Part shown: one piece after another, positions 28,457-40,158 of the stretch
Numbering within the stretch: position 1 is the first letter of the stretch
How the letters are laid out: the number at the start of each line of letters is the position of its first letter
From: Epiperipatus broadwayi
Lineage: Eukaryota; Animalia; Onychophora
Length of the DNA: 64,000 nucleotides
Direction of reading: 5' to 3'
Assembly: GCA_028023455.1 (NCBI GenBank)
Contig: JAQFVV010000001.1
Span: forward strand, 7,440,001-7,504,000
Translations under genes and position numbers: made by a program
The notes under the pieces: model-generated
The model's input: only the letters and a program-made list of their open reading frames with translations
Told to the model about the DNA's origin: nothing
Database searches by the model: none

Positions 28457-28633
28457 CTGTTTCATTTGTATATTTTCTTGCTTTATTTTTAATACATGAT
28501 GAATTTTCTGCTTATGATTTTGATGTCCAAGCAATTTAGCATACTGCTGACTTAACATCTTCAATTCATCTAAAGCTTCACTATTTTGAGATAGCAAAGC
28601 TAGTTTTTCTGCTTCAAATGCATCCAACTGCTC
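28457..28633 (-). CDS. HMMR: HMMR exon, C-terminal basic leucine-zipper domain (EQLDAFEAEK...[24 protein letters not shown])
   Basis: 177 nt, AG/GT, phase 0/0. Matches the HMMR_C motif QLDAFEVEK...[24 protein letters not shown]. Confidence 0.95.
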
Positions 28634-29859
28634 CTGTAAAATATTTAATTTAAAAAAATGTTATTTCATACATACTTTTTAAAAACTTATGATTGCTATT
28701 GTTTATTATTGCAGTGTCTCTCTACCTCTAATTCTACTTCCCTCTCTATCATATAATATTAAGCAAATTATAACTACTATTTAATTTTGTTATATAGAAA
28801 TGGTGATTAAGTTTTCATACAATTAAAAAAATACTTTTAAATCTATAGGATGAAAGTTACCTCTAATAATTATAAGCAAAATTATTATATCATCATTTTT
28901 ACAGATCTTTTTCTCTTATAAGCAATTTTTATTATTCTATTATCCAATTATTGACAATCTTATTTCTACTTTAATTATGCCATATGTACATGTGAAATGC
29001 ATATTGAAAAAAAAAAAAAAAAGAGATAAATCAAAATAAAATAATAGCAAGATTATCAGCATTAACCATGAATGATAGTAATAAAAAATAATGTATTATC
29101 TTAAAAAAAAACCCGATTAATTTGAAAAAAAAAAAAATCAAAGCATGCATATGTTGATAGTATTACTGAGAAATTATATTAATTATTTATTGTGTCCAAA
29201 CTTAAATATAATATTTCTAAAATTATACACCGTACATTATTTGTGTGCAGAAACACCAAATTATTATACATTTAATGTATTTTTAATAAATGAAATTAAT
29301 ACATTTTAAAACTTAATAGCATTAACTTGACACATCTATGTTAATATGCTTGGTAAAGTGTGTTATTCTTTTTTCATCAGTTTTCTGTTTGGCAAATGCA
29401 CTAACTCATAAAAGAAGAACGCACTTCACCAGGCATATCAACATGTGTATGCAAAGTTATTACAAATAGAAAATGAAAAATAAAATTACTTAATAATATT
29501 ATAAATATATATATAAAATAAATTACTTTTAACATACTACATTTAATAATATTAATGCAGGCTTGCAGAAAGGAGTATAATAATGTATACATTCTTTGTT
29601 TCTTCATACAATTTTATCTAAAGACTATATTTTTATTTGTTTATACTCTTTCATCTTTTTTAAAAAAGAATCACTTTTTCCAGTCAGATTTGCTGGAATC
29701 ACTTTTTCCAGTTGTCATATTACAAATTAATACAATGTTGAATTAAACACACTTTCATATACTGATCTTAAAATATATAAATTTTTTGATCCGATGTAGG
29801 ATAAAAGTTACCTCAATTTAATCCAGTCTCTCAGAGCCAAGATTTTTTTTTTTCACAAT

Positions 29860-30740
29860 ACTTCAGTAAAATTTCTAATCTCATCCATCTGTTTCATCCG
29901 TGGATTCTTTCTAGGACTTTTATAATCCCCAAAGATCTATTTTGAGACTTCAGTTGTCTAATTATTGCCATCTTAACCAGCAACATGCTCAAACCAACTC
30001 CAGTTTCTTAGTTTATTTTCTCACTCATGTTTCTCCAAGCTTGTCAGTATGACCTGAAATCTCTGTATTGGTATTCTATTAAATAAGCAAGTATTAAATT
30101 TATAACTAGCTACTGGTAAAACATATTGATTAAAAACTTTTTCAAAAGTATAAACTTACATACTTTTCAGTTAATTTTTTTTTTAAAAAAAAAAGCACTT
30201 GAAGTTTAATTCCATAATTAATTTCATCCATTATATTAATAAACTAATTATTTATAGTTACTAATTTTTAATTCATTGTTAAGAGATTACATTTTCTTTG
30301 TTAACAAAAGCCATTAAACATTATTTTAGCTATTTTAGTATTTATCTTGTTTTCTTCTGATAGTTCTTGCACGAGATCATGAAGTTCTGAAATGTTATCT
30401 ATTAAAATAACAAATCATCTGCAAAATCTAAATGATTTAATCTCCATTGATTTTTATTCTCTTAACTTCTACTGTATTTTCAATCCACAAAATATTTTCC
30501 CTAAAACTGCAGTAAAAAAATTTGGTGATATGGGATCATTGGTTGTATACCCACATTAATGTTAACCTTCTTAGTGTTAAAACATAATCATATCAGTGCT
30601 GTTTCATTTTGATAAACATTTTTCAAAATTTGACCACATCTTGGATCTATATCTTGACGTTCCAAAGCTTTAATCACCATAATGCTTATAATCAAATGCC
30701 TTTTTATAATCTACAAATCTAATGCACAGTACCTAGAACC
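29860..30740 (-). mobile_element. RTE-clade LINE RT and C-terminal relic
   Basis: FVDYKKAFD, KALERQDID, PISPNFFTAVL, LNHLDFADD, ELHDLVQEL, then NWSWFEHVA..DGN...MDEIR (KWxWAGHVxR...WxDEI). Confidence 0.85.
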
Positions 30741-31744
30741 AATAAAGAGATTATAAAGTAGAAGCTGCTGCATACCTCCTCTCTCTCATTATTCGACATA
30801 AACCTGGAAGGAAAGCCACGAAGCCACCGATGGAGAAACAAAAGGCCAACCGGTAGGAGAATAAAAATGAAAACTTAGGTAAAGATACTTTTAAATATAT
30901 TCTGATCACAGTCTAGACTTTTTTATTTTAAATGAAATGAACTTTAATTAACGGACTATTATAACTATAGCCTAAAATAATCATTTAAAATTTTCTTATG
31001 TAAAATTTATTGTTATTTTATATTATATTAAATATATACGTGCGTAAATAAATATTAATGTTTATTTAAATATTATTTTATCTATTTTCTCTTGTCATTG
31101 TGTCACCAATAAATTAGTGTAGAATTATTTTTATGAGTTAAATAAGTCATGGGATATGTCAAGTGCTGGATTATGTGCCTGTCATGCTGACTATATAACA
31201 GATGGTTGTCTGGCGCCTGAGGTTGATACTCGAAACAAATAAAATGCTTTGGATGGCAGGGGCTTGAATCTAGCAGTCGAGGTGGGCCACGGTCTGGAAA
31301 TATGATCATGTTATGCTTTTCATAGCTAGATCTGATCATGGGTATCGTTGAAGGCTCTGTTATCAATGGGATTTTCCCCTCTGCTTGAAGGGCCGGTCTG
31401 TTGCCGTGTTTTTAAAATTATTAAGCCAGCAAAAGTAAAGCTCTTTTAAACAGACCTGGTTTAATATATATATAAAAGATAATGGCTTTATTGTTCAGGA
31501 GTTCATAAAAAGTTTGGGCGCCAGAATCGATTCTGGAAGCGCCTGATGCTAAATCAGATGCTCTATAGTATATTCTTGATTAAATAATTATCTAAATAAT
31601 ATAATTTCAATTTTCTGAGATATCTAGATATGATAGTTAACTTTTGAGGCCAAACCATAAGTAAAATATATATATATTAAATTAAATGCAAAATAATTCA
31701 AAATTAAATTAAAAAGAAAAAAAAAAGACAATAATATATTTTAA

Positions 31745-32236
31745 GTTTTATAACTTACAAGCTTAAGAGATAGGGTCATGTGATGTATGACTCTTGTTTT
31801 GACTATTTATAGTCTCTGCCATAAGTCTTATGCAATTTTTATATTACTAAGACAACTACTATATGGTATGGCTGAAGATCTATCAGCCCCATATAGCTAT
31901 TTGAGATGGATAGCTGGGTTTGAAGACATGTAGATGTCTGAAAATTTCAGATTTTCCACCCAATAGATAACTTTTAGTTAAATGCTGGCTTTGGGTTGGT
32001 ATTTTTAGATCTAGTGTCTGAACCTACCCTGACACCTCTCTGAGGAGTGCCAAAGCACGAAACCATGGTCAGGGGTTTGGGAAGGGGTTCCTGACAGAGA
32101 TATTTTAAGTGCTGGCTCTGGCTAAGCATTTAACACAAAGCTTGTAGAGGAATTGGCAATCCTCATTGTTTTATAACTGACAAGCTTAAAAGATAGGGTC
32201 ATGTGATCTATGACTCTTATTTTGACTATTTATAGT
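31745..32236 (+). mobile_element. Retrozyme-like element family 2: 423-bp unit with 69-bp terminal redundancy (about 1.16 copies)
   Basis: Direct repeat 31745-31813 versus 32168-32236 (about 4 substitutions, offset 423). Contains an intact hammerhead and no ORF. Confidence 0.85.
32034..32076 (+). ncRNA. Intact type I hammerhead ribozyme (family 2)
   Basis: ACCTCT-CTGAGGA-GTGC-CAAA-GCAC-GAAA-CCATGG-TC^AGGGGT. Stem I 6 bp with one GU; stem II 4 bp with tetraloop; palindromic stem III ACCATGGT; GUC triplet, cut after 32070. Distal stem I GAACC..CCC / GGG..GGTTC. Confidence 0.93.
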
Positions 32237-33214
32237 AATATATTTTGTTTGATTACATCAGCTTTGAAATACAGTAAATCTATTTTTAGCAAAAATATTA
32301 AACTTTCATTTCACTGCAATGTATACTTATTTTAGAATCATTTATATAAATTTCATCACCTCTTTTTTTCTTTTTTAAAACTATTAATTTTTATACATAT
32401 GAGTTCACTTGTTTACTATAATTTTATCAAAATACAAATATATTTCAGAAATTTGTCTAAAAAAATAAAAACAAAAGCATATATAAAATATACCAACATA
32501 TATCGTTTAAATGCTAAATTTTTCTATTAATTCTTTTATTTTAAATTAAGAAAAAAAAATCATTAATAATATCAATCTTTTAAAAAATAATTTTACAAAA
32601 ACTTGCTTACATTTTACATCTCTGTATATAGTATACCTTATCCATTTAAAATTAATTTACTGTTTTCTATTCTAATAAAGTATCATTTAAATTAAATCAA
32701 AATTACTTTTAAATTCTATTGATCAGTGAAAACATTCCAAAGTAAATATAATTTTTGTTGAGAGTAGATCTAAGTTTATTAATATGAAATTTTTTTTAAT
32801 CATTCTTTCAATAAAAATAAAGACATATATAGTTTATAAAATTTAAGTAATTTTTTGTGAAATAATATTTTAAAAGATAGATTTTGAAAGATTTTAATTT
32901 ATTTCTGATATATTTTATACAATATATGATTTTGATATGTATATTTTGTTTTTGTATTAATGTGTGATTTTTATATATACAAAAATTAGTTGTCAAAAAC
33001 AAATTTTAAATAAAGAAAAAAAGGAGATGAATTTTATATATTTTTGAAATGTTTAAAAAAAAAAAAATAGAAGAAAACTATTTTTGAAATATTTTTACAA
33101 CTATTCTATATATAATTTTAAATTAGCTTTAAAAAAAGGCAAAAATTAAGATTCTTAAATAATTTTTATTTATTACTGTATTTCTGTAAAAAAATTGAAA
33201 TATTCATAACATAC

Positions 33215-33263
33215 TTTGAAAGGCTCTACTCTCTCTTTTAACTCTTCATACAGTGAACGCCAT
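33215..33263 (-). CDS. HMMR: HMMR exon (KWRSLYEELKERVEPFK)
   Basis: 49 nt, phase 2/0, AG/GT. Matches HMMR KWRLLYEELYNKTKPFQ. Confidence 0.92.
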
Positions 33264-33344
33264 CTAAAAATATAAACATATTTTTTTTATTAAATAAAAC
33301 AATTTACATTAATTTTATTTTTATCAATAACAAATAATATTTAC

Positions 33345-33545
33345 TTCGTTATTTCTGATTTAAATGTCTCTATGAGAAGATCATCGACACATTTTTTCCT
33401 CAATTCAGATAATTGTTCTTTATATTGTGCTTCTTGATTAAAATAGTTTTCATTCAATTGCATGACTTGTTTTGCTGTATTTTCCCGATACTGGAGAAAT
33501 TCTACTTCAAGAAGAGAAAGCTGGTTTTGTGTTTCTACTAATCTT
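33345..33545 (-). CDS. HMMR: HMMR exon, coiled coil
   Basis: 201 nt, phase 2/2, AG/GTAAAT, open frame RRLVETQNQLSLLEVEF...KSEIT. Confidence 0.88.
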
Positions 33546-33639
33546 CTATAAATATATCAAATAATTTTAAAATATAAATTACAAATGTTTGCAGTGAGGT
33601 GCTTGTAAATACACAATTTTTTAAACAATATATTTAAAC

Positions 33640-33744
33640 CTTGTTAATTCTTCTTTTGCTTTCTTGTTAAAAATATCAATTTCTTCCAATTCTTTAATAA
33701 GTTCTCCTTCTCTTTCGGAAAATTTCATAGCTTCAGTCTTCATT
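33640..33744 (-). CDS. HMMR: HMMR exon, coiled coil
   Basis: 105 nt, phase 2/2, RMKTEAMKFSEREGELIKELEE... Confidence 0.85.
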
Positions 33745-35099
33745 CTACAAAAATATAAATTTTAAACCTTTTTCAGAAGTTTACTTTTTTTTGAAGTTAA
33801 AAAAGTATATTCTGTATTCATTACAATATAAAAAGATGAAGCTATAACAAAATTATTTTTTTTAAATAAATGCTTAATAAACATTTTTAGGTATTTCTTC
33901 TAGAAACAGTTTGGCATTTAAATTTTTTATTGAAAAGACATCAAGTAAACCCTCCTCCCACCATCTCAAACAAAATATATAATAAAAATTTCATGAAATT
34001 AAAAACTCTACATATATAAATTTTCAACAATTTCATTTGTTTTCATAAGTTCCAAAAAAAAAAAGAAAAAATATTAGTAAATAATAGAAAAGTTCTGCCG
34101 ACCACTCAATTCCTGGAAATACATAGAGTCAACCAAAGAAGCCTCATCAAATCTGACTGTAGGCAACTAGAAAACACATCATTTAATAATACCATATGCA
34201 CGAAACACTAACAATTTTCTTAGTTAACCTTAAATAATATTCTGTATATACGAGAAATAACTATATATACATGGTTGAACACATACTACTTATTAAATTT
34301 TACTTACAGCTGTTGGTTTTATCATGTATATGCTAACTATTATACCAAAAGTACTGGAATTGGAATATGTAATTAATAGAAATAACAGACCAAAATTAAA
34401 CTTATTTTTATTATATCTATAAATAATATGTTGTAACAATTTTAGCTTTAATAACATGAATTTTCTTTTAAGTTTAATATTGTGCAAGAATGTGGTGTGC
34501 AAATATTATATATAAGTATATAACTATTTATATTGATATGTTAATACTACTACCTTTATATTAGCAGCATTGTTAGATAAACTTTAGATTTTAGCTATGA
34601 AGATTTACTTATACATACTCATCATTCCATATAGATATATAAGATATTTACATAAATAAGACTAAGAAGCCAAGCAGAAATGAATGTTTGCTGCATATGG
34701 TATACCATAAATTAGATATTTTTTTTTGTTACTAATAAAATTTTTATATTAATCAGTTCACTTAAGGTCTTTAATATCATCAATGAACAATTTCAAAATT
34801 TTCTATAATAAAATATCATAATTTGAATAATTAAATTAATAGTAAGAATAGTGACAAAGTGAATTATTAATTTGATTTACAAGAGTCAAACTTTCTGCAT
34901 TCACAACTTTGACATTATTACTAATTATTTATTAGGAATTATCACTTCATTTCTAGCTCAGATGTAAACTTTAAATCTTATCTAAAAATTGATATATTTG
35001 TTTTCTAATTGAACATAAAAATTATGGAACAAGTTAAATTCCTCTTTGTTTTTTCCAAATGTAATACTTTTTTTAAATATTCTTAAAATTTCCTTTCAA

Positions 35100-35500
35100 T
35101 CGCCCATTAATTAAAATATATGATCAAAGATATCTAAAAAAGACAAGTCAAAATTGTAAATGCAGAAAGTTTGAACTGGTAAATCAAATTGTAATAATTT
35201 GATATTAATATATATTGAAGAAATTATAAAGATATTTATAAGAGATTGTGACGGGTCAACTGAATGGTGCAGATTCAATATAAAGTGCATTTTGGGCATC
35301 GTGACATTTTCAAGTATTTTAGTTCATATGTTCCAAGAATATATAGTGGAGATTTTAAATATATACATCAAAAATAAAAGCAAACTACATGTGCTTAGCA
35401 TGTACCATAATTGTTATGATTATCAATCGGATACATGTCAGTTTAAGAATTTGCCTATAAAATTAAGAGAAAAATTAATTTATGCATATTATTAAATATT
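35100..35500 (+). mobile_element. RTE-like RT fragment, decayed
   Basis: ORF 35199-35495 DGSTEWCRFNIKCILGIVTFSSILVHMF resembles the region around the GVxQGxxLSPxLFN motif. Confidence 0.35.
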
Positions 35501-38500
35501 TACTTTGTGATATATGAGAGGTAGAATGATAATAATTCTGTAAAGGAAGAAAGAAAAATGCTTTCAATATACTAAAGAATTTTATAGTTTAGAAAAATTT
35601 AAAGATTTCTAACCTTATTTAATCTGCCTTTCAAATATAAGTTTTAATTAAACAACTTGTCCATTTTTATAGAAAATCTGATGGTGGATTATTTTGGAAT
35701 TGATAATATTTTAGAAATTATTGAGCTGTATTTAAAATTCATCAAGGAATTATCTTTCTTCTTATGTTAATGAAATGTAAATAAATAAAAAAAAAAACTA
35801 TTTTTTTGTCTTCTTTTTTTATTTTACTTATTTATATATAAAATCATTAGATAATATACATAAAATTTGTATCCACATGTTTTGAAGAGAGTAAAGAGGG
35901 TATTTTTCAAAAAATATATTGTTGTAATGATGCAAAGGTCAGACATAAGAAATTAGGCGGTCTTATTCTAATTGCAAGAGTCCAGCATTTCATTTCATAT
36001 TGCTTTGCAATTCAATCTCATCTACTTTTGAAGCAGCGCTGCAGTGATTCATGCTGAAGAGAGGAACAACCACTGGTTAAATGTGTTTCCTACTGTAGGA
36101 TAGCCATATTTTACTGACTTTTAAAAGTATTTTTCAATATTCCAATTGTAACAGTCAGTATGATGATTTTATTTAAAAGAAATATATCTACCATGCTTAG
36201 CTAGATAACCAAAAACCACACTAGTCAAAATAACCTGGAAAATTCAATTGACATTAATGATTGCAAAACCAGCCTGTACAATGCCTCTATAATGCCGTGA
36301 AGGAAATGGACAGTCTCATATAAATTACCCAAGACCTATTGATATTCAACCTCATATAATGTCACCAGTGCTGCTCTATTTACTCCCTAACATCACCAGT
36401 GCCCATGGAAAAAACTACCATCATTGGAGGGACTAATGAGGACAATAGTAAAATAAGAGAATATCTTCAAAAACCATGATTTGTGACTGTTTAAATATTT
36501 AATGAGGTAAAATCTTATTATTATAAATACTATAAGGCTTTAAACTTAAAATATCTTTTACTATTATGATATGTGTTAATAGTTGCGAGTATATACACAA
36601 TAGTTTTATTTATTCATTATTAATAAATTAATTTTTTTGGTTTTTATTAATCTATTTAGTTTGTGTTTGTAACTCAATCTAAATATTATGCTTTTTATAT
36701 CCATATTCTAGTTAATATACACAGCCCTGAAAAATCAGGCAATCCACTGGGGGACATAGTGAGATGGCAATAGTAATTGATGAGAATTGTTTCGTTCAAA
36801 GTTTTTCCAGAATAAACTTTTTTTTTTTAGAAAAGTTGGTTCCTTTGAGTTTCTTTTATATTGAAACTCAAAACAAACAAAATACTTTTGGGAGTACTTG
36901 GATCATTAAATTATAAATCATCATCATCACACTGCTTAATATTGTTATATATTTTAATTGAATCATTTTTTTAATTGAATTTTATTAACCATTCAATTTT
37001 CATATTTATTTGAACCAAAGTTTACGGAACGTACTGAATAGATTATATATGTGTATATCATATATCTTTGATGATATATCCATCTTCTGTGTACTGTGAT
37101 AAAAGTTACCATCACAATATCAACAAGTCATTCAGGAGTAAACCATAAGTGGAATGCTATATATTTTAAGTTCACACTGCAGGCAATAAAAAATTCTGTC
37201 AATCTTAATAAATATTGTCTACAATTAACTATTAATATACCAATTAAAGAATTAAATCATTATACAATTAATAAAGATGATTATGTTTAAAATCAAAATT
37301 AAAGCAGTTATTACTATATTATAGGAAAACACCATTAATTCAGAAATCGTAGTTCCAGTCTTTCTGAATTAATGATTTTTTCAAATTTAAAAAAAAAATC
37401 ATATAATTAATAGTATAAAAGCATGTACTAGCACTTTCCCTGTTTTTAGTATGCAGTAAGTATGCTGAAAGTATAAATAAATGCAAAGTATAGATATTAA
37501 ACAATAACAATACTTAATAAATATCTATTGGATATATATTCACAAAACATGAATATATTAAGCCTTTATTTTTAAGTTGGTATGGCATCTTTATTTATAA
37601 TAAACTTCCAGATTAATTTTTTTTTCTTCACTCTATCAAAAATAAATATTATATAACAATAATTATACATTTTAATATCTATTATGTATTCAATATACTT
37701 TGAATATTAAGTACTTATTTTTTTTATTAGTATATCACCTTTATAACAGTAAATAAAAATTTTAAGATTTTTGCTTTCTTCCAGTAAAATTCATACAGGC
37801 CTTTTAATGACATTTTGAAATCAAAAAATCTTTTTTTCTTTTCACATAATCAGCTGAAATGCACTTTCAAAAGTTATTAAAGCAAGTGTTTATTTTAGGT
37901 TAAAAAAATGAAAATTATAAATTTTACAAATGTTAATTTAAAAAGAGAAATAAAAACAAAAATTCCTAAGCAATGATATCAATCAGAATATTATATTAAA
38001 ATTAATTATTTAGAAGTGTTCTAGGATTATATTTAAGATACTTTGAGAAACCATCAAACAAAATATTATTGAAGATATTAACCAGTAAATTTGATGTCTA
38101 CTTTTGAAAGATGTATTACAGATTTTGATTAAACAATAGTCATAAAGAAATTGATGGGTTTTTCCAATTTTATGTGTAGTTTTGAATTAAGACATTTTTC
38201 CAATTTCAGTAAAACAACAGTCAGAAAGAGTGACCTTTCCCTTCCCCAAAACTAATATCTTAAAAAAGATAATTACTATTATTTATTCATTAAAATTGTT
38301 TAAATCTTTTTAACTGCCTGTAATATTATTTTAAGAAAACATATAGTGATTATTTTGACTTCACTTGTTTACAAAAAAAAAAAAAACTACATCTAACTTC
38401 CATTACCTATTTTTTTTTTTTTGAGACAAAAAAAAAACAAAACATTTGTTGCTTTAAAATTGTCAATAGTTTTTGCCATTCAACTGTAGTAGTTTGAAAT

Positions 38501-39426
38501 AAACACACACAAAAAAAATATTATTTTCACTTCATTTTGGTCAAGAGGGAAATCAATCATTTACTTTGGGTTTAAACCCCCTCCTCCTAATGTAATCTCA
38601 CATGCATCAATTTTAGTAAATGAAAAATCTAGTGGATGCTTAATAGCAGTGATAAATCTCTAAAAAAAAAAAGTAATTCTACAAACTAACAATATCTAGT
38701 TTGATCTGAAAACCGTCAAAATCCAAAACCATCTATCATTCTGCTACACCATGTTCAACCAATCAAACAAACAAACAAAAAAAAAAAACGTTCATTATTT
38801 GTTCATTGTCTCAAGAATGTGTTTTCCTTTCTAACTGCTGTTTAACCAAGAACTACAAAACATTTTCCTTCAAATGAAGTCATCGAATTCATTGCTTAAT
38901 ACACTAGTGATGTGATATGGCTACTCCTTTATCAAAGTCAGGAATCTCTGACACTATGTTCATAGAAACTTGTTAGCCACCTTATCTTCCCATTATATTC
39001 CTCGCCTCAAGTTTTTCCCATATTTTTTTTTACATCCTGCTCCATCTCATTTCCACATCATCATCTTTGTCCACTCTATGGCCTTTATATCTAGATCCCC
39101 CTTATCTTTTTCCAAACACAGCATAAAAACCAAAAACTCACTTTTTGTATAATCACTTTGTTTTTATTTATTCTCCCAGAACATCATTATTTGTACCCTT
39201 TCTGCTTGTAAGCATTTACATTCAATTAGCAGATGCCTAATATTTTCCATGTCTTCCTTACCTAACTTGGAGAATAAACCACCCACATTTCTCCATTTAT
39301 GTGTATATTCCCTTGTTGCTAACAATCCTGTTCAGGCCTTAAACAGTAAACTACTTTCCTTGCTATTATCGTAAATTAACTCACACCCAATATTGTTTAC
39401 TTCTATATATATTTAAATTCTTTTTA

Positions 39427-39621
39427 TTCTCCATCTCCCTATTTTTTATTAATGCATCTATTCTTCTATCCCATTCTTTGCCACTACAACACTCAACAAT
39501 CGTCCTAACACAATCATCCCACCGAGTTCTCCATCTCCCTATTTTTTATTAATGCATCTATTCTTCTATCCCATTCTTTGCTACTACAACACTCAATAAT
39601 CGTCCTAACACAATCATCCCA
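39427..39621. repeat. 95-bp tandem duplication, period 100
   Basis: 39427-39521 versus 39527-39621, 2 mismatches, 5-nt spacer CCGAG. Confidence 0.95.
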
Positions 39622-39773
39622 GCTTTTGCACAAGTATACTGACATAAAATCTTTACCTAAATCTTCTGCATACTGTACTACCTACCTTTCTCACCCATCT
39701 TGTTGCCTGTCTTTTACTTATAACCCAATTAAATACTATTTTGGCTATTCTCTTACTATTCATAAATTGTAGT

Positions 39774-40158
39774 CTAACCACTAAACATCACATGATCACC
39801 ATCTCTTTGCTAGCACATAACTGTTATCAAACAGGCAAAACTCTCCATACAGTAGTTCCACCTAGAGTAATCAAGGGATGCCAGAAGGCTTGTGCATAAA
39901 ATCCCTATCTAGTGCATACTCATCCAATATCCCCAGACTAGAGATAAAAGTTGGCTGCTGGAGGGTTGCATTAGATCCTAAGATCTAGGTGCAGTGCTCC
40001 CAGATCCAAAGCTCCTCACTGATGAAGGCTACAAGCCAGAAACTAGTCTGGGGATATTTGATGAGTAAGTACTAGATGGGGATTTTATGCAGAAGCCTTC
40101 TGGCATCCATTCATTACTCTGGTTGGCACTGAGTAGCACTACTGTATGGAGACTTTTG
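39774..40158. mobile_element. Retrozyme family 1 insertion, two inverted partial copies, candidate TSD
   Basis: 39785-39941 and 39945-40155 are opposite-orientation segments of the 2.8-4.0 kb repeat. CTATT(CA)TAAATTGTAGT flanks both sides (core 39763-39773 and 40164-40174). Confidence 0.85.
40013..40054 (+). ncRNA. Intact type I hammerhead ribozyme (family 1)
   Basis: TCCTCA-CTGATGA-A-GGCT-ACA-AGCC-A-GAAA-CTAG-TC^TGGGGA. Stem I 6 bp with one GU; palindromic stem III ACTAGT; cut after 40048. Confidence 0.9.

Noticed and set aside
30320-30398. Exon-like coiled-coil segment with AG/GT in the HMMR orientation
   Set aside because: Its phase is incompatible with the HMMR chain, and it follows FADD as part of the RTE reverse transcriptase.
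28177-33263. KIF15/Xklp2 as an alternative identity, since it shares the C-terminal basic zipper motif
   Set aside because: The upstream exon matches the HMMR N-terminal region, FDPxKAF follows the zipper, and there is no kinesin motor signature.
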